In this document: positions 9,822 to 18,833 of the stretch, piece by piece
Layout of the letters: the number at the start of each line of letters is the position of its first letter
Position numbering within the stretch: position 1 is the first letter of the stretch
DNA from: Eubacteriales bacterium
Lineage (GTDB): Bacteria > Bacillota > Clostridia > Oscillospirales > CAG-272
NCBI GenBank assembly: GCA_045597185.1
Contig: JAZODV010000190.1
Span: forward strand, 1 to 41,552
Length of the DNA stretch: 41,552 nt
Direction: 5' to 3'
The notes under the pieces: model-generated
Told to the model about the DNA's origin: nothing
Seen by the model: only the letters and a program-made list of their open reading frames with translations
Databases searched by the model: none
Made by a program: the position numbers and the translations under genes

Positions 9822-11693
9822 ATGAAAAAAAATATTAAGCTCATTGCATTGTTGTCAGTGGTCATCATGCTTACGACTGTGACAGTTTCCTGCAAGAGTG
9901 AGCCTCAGTTTTCTCCTTCGGATACTACAGGCTCGGTTGTTATCGATACGAGCATACCGCCGAGCGGCGAAGAGCTGGTCGAAACCCCCGAGACTATTAC
10001 GATAAAAGAGAAAGACTATGCGCTCAACTATGAGATAACGAGACCTCAAAGCTCACAAGCAGACTCGGTCGACGTAAAAACGGCACAGAATATATGTATG
10101 ATCCTTGCGGATCAGATAGGCAGGTTCCCAACCATCGGAACCGATTGGGCAAAGGAAGAGGATCCGGAAAAGCTTGAGATCATAGTCGGAGCTACCGACC
10201 ATCCCGAAACGGAGGAGCTTTTAGATGCTATGAAGACGTACGGAGACTATGCCGTACGCGCGATAGGAAATAAAATAATCCTGATGGCGTTTAACGAGGA
10301 GGGATACAGCGAAGCATTCGAGCATCTCAAGGACGTATTTGACAAGGGACTCGACAAAGAGACGAAAACGATAACATTAAGCGTTTCGGATATAAATAAA
10401 ATAGGAACGTTAAGCGATCAGCTATCCCGACTTCCGTTATACGACGGCGGCAGATTTTATGCCTTGTACGACGCGGGGCGCGTTACAGCCGATACCGAAT
10501 GTGACGAAATAATAGTCAAAACGACCACTGTAGGCGAATACGACGAGTACATGGAGAGGCTTGAAGCTAACGGATATACGCAGTATGCTGTAAACAATAT
10601 GGGTAACAATAAATTTGCGACCTATACAAACAGCGAATATACTATCAACGTAGGCTATTACGATTATGAAAAATCCGTAAGACTTCTCATAGAGCCGAAG
10701 GGAGCGCTTCCGACACGCGCGGAGGATAACAAGACAGCAAAAAGGACGACCTCACAGATAACGATGCTGGCGGTTGCTAATGGGAACTCGCAGAATGGAC
10801 TCTCGGTGCTTATACGCCTAGAGGACGGAAGATTTATCGTTGTTGACGGAGCTTTTAACAATAATGAAGTGCGAGACGTTTTTATAAGCACTATAAAAGA
10901 ACAGGCAAAGGAATACGGCAACGATAATCCTGTAATTGCCGCGTGGATCGTAACACACGCTCACGGCGACCACACAGGTATGCTTTACGGAAAATACAAA
11001 AGCATAAAAGATGCCGGTATCACCGTTGAGAGTATAATCATGAACGAGATATCGGAGACCGAAACGGAAAGATCGAGAGCGTACGTTGCGGCATTCGGTA
11101 CATCGGGAACGTATTCATACGGTGACACAGAGGGTGGTCAGAGCAAGAGAATAATAGAGACTATCGCACCGTACTTTGGCGCAGAGCTATATAAGGCGCA
11201 TATAGGTCAATCCTTCCATCTGTCAAACTGCAGGATGGATGTATTATATTCGCTTGAGGGATATGCTCCGAATATGTGTAATGCATTTAATACCACGTCG
11301 ATAGTTATAAAAATGACATTTACAGACAGTGCGACAGGCAAGGAAACCACATTCCTCAGTACGGGAGATGCGACAGGCTTTGCAATGGGTGTTGCCAACG
11401 ATATTTTTGGAGATCTTCTTAAGAGCGATATACTTTCGGTAAGCCACCACGGATACGGTACGTGGGGGGGTGACTCCTATACTATGGAGGCATATAAAAG
11501 GGTATCTCCCACATTGCTTCTTTGGCCGGTAGGCGATTCAGACTACTTCGATGTTTCATCAAGAATTTACAATCAGACTCTATTCAGTACCGCAAGCTAT
11601 AAGGAAAGCTATCACTCGGGAAATATAGGAGGCCAAAACATAATAGTTCCTATTCCGTACGTTGTAGGGAATGTTATTCTGCGAGATCAGTAA
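9822..11693 (+). CDS. Lipoprotein, paralog 2: N-terminal unknown domains plus a C-terminal MBL-fold hydrolase domain
   Basis: 623 aa with signal peptide and lipobox VTVS-C. HAHGDH at 10956-10973, plus STGDATG and SHHG motifs. Shares blocks such as DTDW, EIIVG.TDH, GNKI, CDEIIVK, RLEANGY, LIRLEDGRFIVVDG and EYGNDNPVIAAW with its neighbours. Confidence 0.85.
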   Translation: MKKNIKLIALLSVVIMLTTVTVSCKSEPQFSPSDTTGSVVIDTSIPPSGEELVETPETITIKEKDYALNYEITRPQSSQADSVDVKTAQNICMILADQIGRFPTIGTDWAKEEDPEKLEIIVGATDHPETEELLDAMKTYGDYAVRAIGNKIILMAFNEEGYSEAFEHLKDVFDKGLDKETKTITLSVSDINKIGTLSDQLSRLPLYDGGRFYALYDAGRVTADTECDEIIVKTTTVGEYDEYMERLEANGYTQYAVNNMGNNKFATYTNSEYTINVGYYDYEKSVRLLIEPKGALPTRAEDNKTAKRTTSQITMLAVANGNSQNGLSVLIRLEDGRFIVVDGAFNNNEVRDVFISTIKEQAKEYGNDNPVIAAWIVTHAHGDHTGMLYGKYKSIKDAGITVESIIMNEISETETERSRAYVAAFGTSGTYSYGDTEGGQSKRIIETIAPYFGAELYKAHIGQSFHLSNCRMDVLYSLEGYAPNMCNAFNTTSIVIKMTFTDSATGKETTFLSTGDATGFAMGVANDIFGDLLKSDILSVSHHGYGTWGGDSYTMEAYKRVSPTLLLWPVGDSDYFDVSSRIYNQTLFSTASYKESYHSGNIGGQNIIVPIPYVVGNVILRDQ

Positions 11694-11793
11694 GTACGGT
11701 AAAAGATCCAAGAGCAGAATTAAACATCGGAACCGTAAAAATTTTTGGAAATTATTTAATTTCATAAATAATTATTTTTGTAAGGAGAAACAA

Positions 11794-13752
11794 ATGAAGA
11801 GATTACTTTTGCTTTTACTCACTTTAGTCATGGTTCTCAGCGCGTTTGTAGCCTGCGGACCCGACACTCCCGCGGATACCACGCAGGGAGCGAGCAATGA
11901 AACAGAACCGACCGACACCACGACGGATCTTGGTGGCGACACCACGACTGAGCCGACGACCACCACGACCGAAGAGCCCGACCCCGGCATATACGTGCCC
12001 GAAGAAGGCTTTGAGACCCCCGATACGATAACCATTAAGGTTGAGGAAGACAAGGTCAATTACAGAATAATTCGTTCCCAGAATGCCGAAAGCGTAAGTG
12101 CGGCTGCAAAACAAACGTCATCTCTTGCATCATCGCTTTTGGACTTCATAGGAAAAGCTCCCGAGCTTGATACGGACTGGCCGAGAAAGAACAATTCGGA
12201 TACACTCGAGATCCTTATAGGACAAACCGATTACGATGAGACAGCAGCGGTCATCGACAATATTAAGTATGGCGAATACATAATAAAAGCGGTCGGAAAT
12301 AAGATAGTCATAATGGGCTATACGAATGAGGCGATAGAGACCGGTGTCAAAGAATTCGTCAATATTTGCCGCGCTAATCGCGACAAAGCAACCAAGACGA
12401 TAACCGTTTCGGCAGAGGCTCTTTACCTCAAGGGAACCGTCAGCGAGACGCTTAACGAGCTTCCTGTGCTTGGCGGTAAAACCACGGCGCAGTATTACGA
12501 TGCTGGTATCCGCATAGAGGGTCAGAACTGCGACATGATAGTGATATCAAACGCAAGCGCTAACCTGTATAGCTCATACCAGACTAAGATGACCGAGAAG
12601 GGCTTTAAGCAGTACGTCTCGACCGAGATGGGAAAGAATAAGTTCTCGACCTACACAAAGGACAGATATACCGTAACTCTCGGTTACTTCACATTTGACA
12701 AGACGATCCGCGTGACAATAGAGACCGACGCTCCCGCGGCAGGACTTGCAAGTGAGAATAAATATACCAAGGTAACGACGTCTCAGCTCTCAATGCTCGG
12801 ACAGGAGCTTACGACCGGAGAGCAAAACGGACTTTCAGAGCTTATAAGGCTTGAGGATGGACGCTTTATCGTTATCGACGGCGGACACAAGGGATCACAA
12901 TTTAGCAATGCGTTCGTAGCCGAGATAAAGAGACAGGCAAAGGAATACGGCAACGACAATCCCGTAATTGCCGCCTGGATCCTTACACACCCGCACAGCG
13001 ACCACGATGCTCTCTTCTATGCTCACGCAAAAGAGATGAAGGATAAGGGAATAACCGTTGAAAGAGTTCTTATGAACCCAATAACTTCACAGACCGAATT
13101 GGATAGACTTTACGCTCTCGGTGTAAATCCGGAAGCCAACCCCCTTTCAGGTTCGATTGCACGGTGTTTTTCAACGGCACAAGCGATAGGTTCAACGGTA
13201 TATAAGGTCCACACGGGACAGGTGTTCCATTTTGCAAATGCAAAGATAGATGTCCTCTATACTCACGAAACGCAGTATCCTAACAAAATACCCGGAACAA
13301 ACGACACTTCGCTTATTATGAAGTTCACCTTCACAGACAGCGCGACCGGCAAACAGACCACCTTCCTAAGCACCGGTGACGCGACAGGTTCTGCATTCAA
13401 GTGTGCAGATGATAATTTCGGAGACTACTTATCCTGCGATATTTTGAGTATGGCTCACCACGGCGGATCGACAGGCGGTAACGAAGCATACACCAGAGAT
13501 GCTTATAAAACAGCAAGTCCTACGCTTGCTCTCTGGCCGATAGGAGTACGAGAGGGCATATTCCGTGCGTATCGCGGCAATAACAAGACGATCGTTAATG
13601 ACGTGCTTTTCGCTCAGGAGAATTTAAAGGAGATATACCTTGCGGGATACGTTGGAGATACGACGATAATTCCTCTTCCTTATGTCGTGGGAAATGTAAA
13701 GGCACATTATACTTGGGACGTAGCGAACGGAAAGGCAGTAGGATTAAATTAA
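11794..13752 (+). CDS. Lipoprotein, paralog 3: Thr/Pro-rich linker, N-terminal unknown domains plus a C-terminal MBL-fold hydrolase domain
   Basis: Start at ATG 11794 with RBS aaggag at 11782-11787. The ORF-track start 11671 overlaps paralog 2 and precedes the signal peptide. Lipobox AFVA-C and a T/P/E-rich linker. HPHSDH at 12988-13005. Confidence 0.85.
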   Translation: MKRLLLLLLTLVMVLSAFVACGPDTPADTTQGASNETEPTDTTTDLGGDTTTEPTTTTTEEPDPGIYVPEEGFETPDTITIKVEEDKVNYRIIRSQNAESVSAAAKQTSSLASSLLDFIGKAPELDTDWPRKNNSDTLEILIGQTDYDETAAVIDNIKYGEYIIKAVGNKIVIMGYTNEAIETGVKEFVNICRANRDKATKTITVSAEALYLKGTVSETLNELPVLGGKTTAQYYDAGIRIEGQNCDMIVISNASANLYSSYQTKMTEKGFKQYVSTEMGKNKFSTYTKDRYTVTLGYFTFDKTIRVTIETDAPAAGLASENKYTKVTTSQLSMLGQELTTGEQNGLSELIRLEDGRFIVIDGGHKGSQFSNAFVAEIKRQAKEYGNDNPVIAAWILTHPHSDHDALFYAHAKEMKDKGITVERVLMNPITSQTELDRLYALGVNPEANPLSGSIARCFSTAQAIGSTVYKVHTGQVFHFANAKIDVLYTHETQYPNKIPGTNDTSLIMKFTFTDSATGKQTTFLSTGDATGSAFKCADDNFGDYLSCDILSMAHHGGSTGGNEAYTRDAYKTASPTLALWPIGVREGIFRAYRGNNKTIVNDVLFAQENLKEIYLAGYVGDTTIIPLPYVVGNVKAHYTWDVANGKAVGLN

Positions 13753-13839
13753 GTAATTTTAAATCTAAGCGGCGGAGTTGACCACCGACGTTTATATACA
13801 TTTTATAGAAGATAATATCAAAGGAGACCAAAATTTTCT

Positions 13840-15348
13840 ATGGCAATTTATTGTAACGAACCGTCAAGAACCTTCAGTGAATATCTGCTGATACCCGGAT
13901 ACTCGGATGAAAACTGTACACCGGCAAACGTAAGTCTTAAAACTCCGCTTGTTAAGTACCGCAAGGGAGAGGAGGAATGTCCCATTTCTCTCAATATTCC
14001 GATGGTTTCGGCTATAATGCAGTCGGTATCCGACGATAAAATGGCTATTGCGCTTGCAAAAGAGGGCGGTATGTCTTTCATTTTCGGTTCGCAGAGCATT
14101 GAATCCGAGGCGGCAATGGTAGCAAAAGTGAAAAATTATAAGGCGGGCTTTGTCGTAAGTGACTCTAATCTCAAGCCAGAGGATTCACTTGCAGATGTTC
14201 TAACTCTTTTTGATGAAACAGGACACTCCACGATGCCCGTAACCGAGGACGGAAGCTCAAACGGTAAGCTTCTCGGTATTGTAACGGGACGTGATTACCG
14301 TGTTTCACGTATGGCGACCGATACGCTTGTAAAGGATTTTATGACTCCTATAGAAAAGCTCATAACAGCCCCCGAAAGCACGACGCTTAAAGAGGCAAAC
14401 GATATAATCTGGGAGCATAAGCTTAATTCACTTCCTATAATAAATGCGGAAGGTAAGCTTATTTATATGGTATTCCGTAAGGACTACTCGCAGCACAAAA
14501 ATAACCCGAATGAGCTGCTTGATAAGAATAAGAGATATATGGTCGGTGCAGGTATAAATACACGTGATTTTGCAGAGCGTGTTCCCGCGCTTCTTGCGGC
14601 CGGAGCTGACGTGCTTTGTATCGACAGCTCGGAAGGGTTTTCCTGTTGGCAGAAGAACGCTATCTCTTACATTCGTGAAAAGTACGGAGACAGCGTAAAG
14701 GTCGGTGCGGGCAACGTAGTTGACCGCGAGGGCTTCAGATTCCTTGCAGAGGCGGGTGCAGACTTTATAAAGGTCGGTATCGGCGGCGGATCTATCTGTA
14801 TCACACGTGAGCAGAAGGGAATAGGACGCGGACAGGCAACTGCTCTTATTGAGGTCTGTGCGGCTCGCGACGAATATTTTGAGGAGACAGGCGTATACGT
14901 TCCGGTTTGTTCTGACGGAGGTATAGTTCACGACTATCATATGACCTTGGCTCTTGCAATGGGTGCAGACTTTATGATGCTCGGACGTTATTTTGCCCGC
15001 TTTGACGAAAGCCCCACAAACAAGCTCTTTGTTAACGGAACATACGTTAAGGAGTATTGGGGTGAAGGCTCGAACCGCGCGCGCAACTGGCAGAGATATG
15101 ACCTTGGAGGAAAGAGCTCGCTCCAGTTTGAGGAGGGCGTTGATTCCTACGTTGTATACGCAGGCTCGCTTCACGAGGGTGTTGAGAAGAGCCTTTACAA
15201 GGTAAAGTCGACGATGTGCAACTGTGGAGTAATAACGATTCCCGACCTTCAGAAGAATGCGAAGCTGACACTCGTTTCGGCAACAAGTATCGTCGAGGGA
15301 GGATACCACGACGTAATGCTCAGAAGCACGGGTCAGAATTCAAGATAA
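13840..15348 (+). CDS. guaB: IMP dehydrogenase
   Basis: 502 aa with catalytic Cys loop [23 protein letters not shown] and an inserted CBS-pair region. RBS aaggag at 13822-13827. The N-terminus [10 protein letters not shown] belongs to the roughly 500-aa IMPDH type I remember from Tritrichomonas and some anaerobes. Confidence 0.92.
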   Translation: MAIYCNEPSRTFSEYLLIPGYSDENCTPANVSLKTPLVKYRKGEEECPISLNIPMVSAIMQSVSDDKMAIALAKEGGMSFIFGSQSIESEAAMVAKVKNYKAGFVVSDSNLKPEDSLADVLTLFDETGHSTMPVTEDGSSNGKLLGIVTGRDYRVSRMATDTLVKDFMTPIEKLITAPESTTLKEANDIIWEHKLNSLPIINAEGKLIYMVFRKDYSQHKNNPNELLDKNKRYMVGAGINTRDFAERVPALLAAGADVLCIDSSEGFSCWQKNAISYIREKYGDSVKVGAGNVVDREGFRFLAEAGADFIKVGIGGGSICITREQKGIGRGQATALIEVCAARDEYFEETGVYVPVCSDGGIVHDYHMTLALAMGADFMMLGRYFARFDESPTNKLFVNGTYVKEYWGEGSNRARNWQRYDLGGKSSLQFEEGVDSYVVYAGSLHEGVEKSLYKVKSTMCNCGVITIPDLQKNAKLTLVSATSIVEGGYHDVMLRSTGQNSR

Positions 15349-15358
15349 AAAGTAATAT

Positions 15359-15397
15359 AAAAAGACTCAACCGCATTTGGGGTTGAGTCTCTTTGCC
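15359..15397 (+). terminator. Intrinsic terminator after guaB
   Basis: 10-bp stem agactcaacc (15363-15372) / ggttgagtct (15381-15390), preceded by an A-run and followed by a short T-run (cttt). Confidence 0.55.
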
Positions 15398-15398
15398 T

Positions 15399-16053
15399 GT
15401 AAATTGGGATTTAACGGTGGGTTGAGTTTTTATGCGGGGTTTCACCCCACACCCCACCAAAGGAACTTTTTAGAAAAAGTTCCTTTGGAATCTTCAAAAA
15501 TTTTCAAAAACAAATGGTTTATCCAAGGTGTTTATTCACCTTTCACCAACCGCTCGGGCGCGGTCGGTGAGGGACAGTATGGTGCTTATCACGTCGGGGC
15601 TGGTGGTCTTGCTAAAAGTGAGGTTCAGCACGGCACCCCTCCTCGTCGCTGCCGCAGTCGCGGCTCGTGTGTTGCCATTCGGACACACTCACTACGCGAC
15701 ATAATAGCAATATTATCTGTTCAAAAAGTTTAAAATTTACATTATTTTTTTCGTGTCGCGCAGTGAGAACGCCGCGCACGCGTGCGTTTGAGCCCGCGAC
15801 TGCGTGAGCAAGTAGTCGAGGCGCCGCGACCTTACCTCGCTTTTCTGAAAGCTTCCGACCTCGACGCGTAAAACTCGGTATAAAATCTCAACGGTCACGC
15901 CCGAGTGACCGTTGAAAGATACACAAAACCTAAAACAATCCCCTTGTTTAAAGTTTTTTGAAGATTCTTAAGGAACTTTTTGCAAAAAGTTCCTTAAGTG
16001 GGGTGTGGGGTTTCACCCCACATATGTAACACACCGATAAATCAAAATTTGAC
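15399..16053. repeat. Composite palindromic repeat, copy A (two diverged ~320-bp arms head to head around an AT-rich centre near 15725)
   Basis: The arms share the same ordered modules. These are a GC hairpin ggggtttcacccc (15437-15449 and 16007-16019), a 12-bp-stem hairpin aaggaacttttt-NN-aaaaagttcctt (15460-15485 and 15970-15995), gaatcttcaaaaa, a caacggtcac...gtgaccgttg hairpin, and gcagtcgcgg. The only ORF (15377-15733) lacks an RBS and is not conserved in frame in copy B. Confidence 0.85.
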
Positions 16054-16057
16054 AATT

Positions 16058-16092
16058 AGTAAGAGGATCAGCTATTAACTGATCCTCTTTTG
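16058..16092 (-). terminator. Stem-loop immediately after the ftsH stop (probable terminator, possibly bidirectional)
   Basis: 11-bp perfect stem aagaggatcag (16061-16071) / ctgatcctctt (16079-16089), 5 nt downstream of the ftsH TAA. The T-run is better on the plus strand (tttt 16088-16091) than on the minus strand, so minus-strand efficiency is uncertain. Confidence 0.5.
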
Positions 16093-16094
16093 CG

Positions 16095-18245
16095 TTATTT
16101 TTTATCTTTACTGTCATCCTCCGGGGGTCTTGAGAACCAGTCGTCGTCCTTGTGCTTTTTACGGTCGCGCATTTCGCGTTCCATCTCTTCACGGTTATCG
16201 CGACGGTCTTGCTCTTCGCGTTCGCTAGCCTCTTTTTCAAGTCGGTCACGCTCTTCTTTTTCACGCTTTTCGCGCTCTGCGTTCTTTCTTGCACGCTCCT
16301 CGTTCTCGGCTCTGCGCTTTTCCTTCTTTTCGATAGCTATTGCCTCGACAGATTCAAGTGTTGCATCTGTATCTTCCATCGCCGCCTTAAACTGATCTCC
16401 GTCCATAAGCTCATTCTTTACAAGGAATTCCGAAACGAAATTCAGCTTATCCATATTTTCGGTAAGGATGCGCTTTGCGTTGTTGTATGCTGTCTCTATT
16501 ATCGAGTGTATCTCTGCGTCTATCTTTGCGGCAACTGCCTCTGAATAGTTCGGCGTGCTTGAAAAATCACGTCCGAGGAATACCTCGTCATTGTGGTCGC
16601 TTCCGTACTTGATAGGACCGAGAAGACTGCTCATACCGAGCTTTGTGACCATCTTACGAGCTATTGCTGTCGCACGTTCGATATCGTTTGAAGCACCGCC
16701 CGAAATATCTCCGAACACGATCTCTTCAGCTGCGCGTCCTCCAAGAAGCTCTGCGATCTTTTCATTAAGCTCCTGCTTATATTCGCTGTATTTGTCCTCT
16801 GTAGGAGGATTCAGCGTATAACCGAGAGCGCGTCCGCTCGGAATAATAGATATCTGCTGTACCGGCGCACAGGTGGGAAGGGCATAAGCGACGATTGCGT
16901 GACCGGCTTCGTGGTAGGCTGTTTTCTTACGCTCGTCTTCGCTTCTGACCATTGATTTTTTCTTTGGACCTGCTATAACCTTTATAAATGCGTCCTCAAT
17001 ATCGTCCATGCCTATAAGCGACTTTCCGCTTCTCGCGGCGAGAAGCGCGGCCTCGTTGAGAAGGTTTGCAAGATCCGCGCCCGTAAATCCTACGGTTGAT
17101 TTTGCGACTGTATTAAAATCAACATCCTCCCCGATCGGCTTATTTCTCGCGTGAACCTTGAGTATTGCCTCACGTCCCTTAAGGTCGGGATAGCTTACGG
17201 TTATCTGACGGTCGAAACGACCCGGGCGGAGAAGCGCGGGGTCAAGTATGTCGGGGCGGTTTGTTGCCGCTATGACTATTATACCGTCATGTGAGCCAAA
17301 TCCGTCCATTTCAACAAGCAACTGGTTAAGCGTCTGTTCACGTTCGTCGTGACCGCCACCAAGACCTGCGCCTCTGTGACGTCCGACTGCGTCTATTTCA
17401 TCGATAAATACGATACTTGCGGGAGCTTTTCTGGCGTTCTCGAAGAGGTCGCGAACACGTGACGCACCTACACCGACGTACATTTCAACGAAGTCCGAGC
17501 CGGAAATTGAGAAGAAGGGTACACCCGCTTCTCCTGCGACAGCCTTTGCGAGCAGAGTCTTACCTGTTCCCGGAGGGCCTACGAGCAGGACACCGTGTGG
17601 GATCTTCGCGCCGAGCTTTGCAAATTTGTTCGGGGCCTTTAGAAATTCAACTATCTCTTCAAGTTCTTCCTTTTCCTCATCGGCTCCCGCAACGTCGGAA
17701 AATTTAACTACGTTTTTGTCGCTCGCCGGAGTTTTTACTCGGGCTTTACCGAAGTTGTTTATTTTTGAGCCCTTACCGCCCATGGCCTGATTCATAACGA
17801 AGAACCAGAGCACGATAAACACTATTATTATAATAATATAAGGTAAGAAACTTACCCATACGGGCATAATTTTTTCGGGCTCGGGCTCGAATTTCATACC
17901 CGTAAGATCAGAATACTCGGTAAGAAGAGTAACAAGATCTTTAACGACGAGAGAGGATACCTTGTATGAGATCTTCTTGTCTGTTCCGTCGACCTTTACG
18001 GTCATTGTCAGCTCAAATTTTTCCGTCAGATCTGCCGAAGATATCTCTACGAGACGGTCTGGCTTTGGCAGAGTGTTGTCCTTGTTATAGGCGTAGGTGG
18101 CTGTCGCATCCGAAATATATTCGCGGATATCGCTGTATTGCGGCGCGTCACTTTTGTTTCCGTTGTTGAAAAGGAGTGTTATCGCAAGGATTATAACTCC
18201 TATAAGAACTGCATAGAAAAGCAGCACTTTTGCATTGTTTTTCAT
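16095..18245 (-). CDS. ftsH: ATP-dependent zinc metalloprotease FtsH
   Basis: 716 aa with two TM helices flanking a periplasmic-type domain. Contains AAA+ Walker A GPPGTGKT, the DEID box, and the zinc motif HEAGHA. It also has a C-terminal K/E/R/D-rich extension of about 85 aa. Confidence 0.95.
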   Translation of the reverse strand: MKNNAKVLLFYAVLIGVIILAITLLFNNGNKSDAPQYSDIREYISDATATYAYNKDNTLPKPDRLVEISSADLTEKFELTMTVKVDGTDKKISYKVSSLVVKDLVTLLTEYSDLTGMKFEPEPEKIMPVWVSFLPYIIIIIVFIVLWFFVMNQAMGGKGSKINNFGKARVKTPASDKNVVKFSDVAGADEEKEELEEIVEFLKAPNKFAKLGAKIPHGVLLVGPPGTGKTLLAKAVAGEAGVPFFSISGSDFVEMYVGVGASRVRDLFENARKAPASIVFIDEIDAVGRHRGAGLGGGHDEREQTLNQLLVEMDGFGSHDGIIVIAATNRPDILDPALLRPGRFDRQITVSYPDLKGREAILKVHARNKPIGEDVDFNTVAKSTVGFTGADLANLLNEAALLAARSGKSLIGMDDIEDAFIKVIAGPKKKSMVRSEDERKKTAYHEAGHAIVAYALPTCAPVQQISIIPSGRALGYTLNPPTEDKYSEYKQELNEKIAELLGGRAAEEIVFGDISGGASNDIERATAIARKMVTKLGMSSLLGPIKYGSDHNDEVFLGRDFSSTPNYSEAVAAKIDAEIHSIIETAYNNAKRILTENMDKLNFVSEFLVKNELMDGDQFKAAMEDTDATLESVEAIAIEKKEKRRAENEERARKNAEREKREKEERDRLEKEASEREEQDRRDNREEMEREMRDRKKHKDDDWFSRPPEDDSKDKK

Positions 18246-18262
18246 GTACGCTGTGTCCTTCC

Positions 18263-18811
18263 TTATTTGGCATATACTTCGGGCTTAAGCACACCTACGT
18301 AGGGCAGGTTGCGGAATTTTTCATCGTAGTCGAGTCCGAATCCGACCACAAATTCATCGGGTATCTCGCGCCCCGTATAATCTGGAGTAAAATCGACCTC
18401 ACGTCTGTCGGGCTTATCGAGAAGAGTACACGTGCGAACGCTGTGCGCTCCCTTAAGCTCAAGATATTTGACGAGATAAGAAAGCGTCTTACCGCTATCT
18501 ATAATATCCTCGACTACAATTATGTCGATGTCGGGAAGGTCTGCTCTCTGAAGGTCAAGGAGAATATTGATGCGTCCTGATGTCGTAGTGCCCGCGCCGT
18601 ATGACGAGACCTTCATAAAGTCTATTTCGACGGGAAGCGTTATCTTTTTCATAAGCTCCCCCATAAAAACTACCGATCCTTTTAAGATACAAAGGAGAAG
18701 TAGCTTTTTTGATGATTCTTTATAGTCGCGGTCGATCTCCGCGGCGATCCTTGATACTATGCTGTCTATTTCTTTTTCGTCTACAAGGATATGTGAAATT
18801 TGGCTGTTCAT
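18263..18811 (-). CDS. hpt: Hypoxanthine phosphoribosyltransferase
   Basis: 182 aa with PRPP-binding motif IIVVEDIIDSGKTL. Conserved tilS-hpt-ftsH order. Confidence 0.9.
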   Translation of the reverse strand: MNSQISHILVDEKEIDSIVSRIAAEIDRDYKESSKKLLLLCILKGSVVFMGELMKKITLPVEIDFMKVSSYGAGTTTSGRINILLDLQRADLPDIDIIVVEDIIDSGKTLSYLVKYLELKGAHSVRTCTLLDKPDRREVDFTPDYTGREIPDEFVVGFGLDYDEKFRNLPYVGVLKPEVYAK

Positions 18812-18833
18812 ATTTGATCCTTTCTTATCTATT

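Noticed and set aside
7783-13752. Calling the MBL-fold lipoproteins beta-lactamases or antibiotic resistance genes
   Set aside because: They are 620-650 aa multi-domain lipoproteins. Only the generic HxHxDH superfamily motif is visible, and nothing supports class B beta-lactamase specificity.
14428-15309. 293-aa ORF antisense to guaB. The same applies to 36720-37520 antisense to rlmN/prpC, 24927-25538 antisense to nusA and 1992-2600 antisense to cysE.
   Set aside because: All are embedded in confidently identified genes on the opposite strand and lack an RBS and any motifs.
15377-15733. ORFs lying inside the repeats (15377-15733, 29490-29774, 29803-30078, 78-266)
   Set aside because: They have no RBS and their composition is dictated by the hairpin modules. 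Their similarity between copies is nucleotide-level and not frame-preserving, since the two copies share only part of the peptide and then diverge or shift.
15690-15760. Reporting outward-facing promoters or an sRNA gene at the centre of the palindromic repeats
   Set aside because: Only an extended -10-like TGcTATTAT is conserved on one arm, with no acceptable -35 at 16-18 nt and no clear terminator. It is kept as a hypothesis inside the finding and not annotated as a feature.
15399-16053. CRISPR array, IS element or tRNA/rRNA explanation for the repeat-rich intergenic regions (also 29359-30046)
   Set aside because: There are no regularly spaced direct repeats with unique spacers. No transposase ORF is present, no cloverleaf-sized tRNA structure can be drawn, and nothing rRNA-like is seen. 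The structure is one large inverted dimer.
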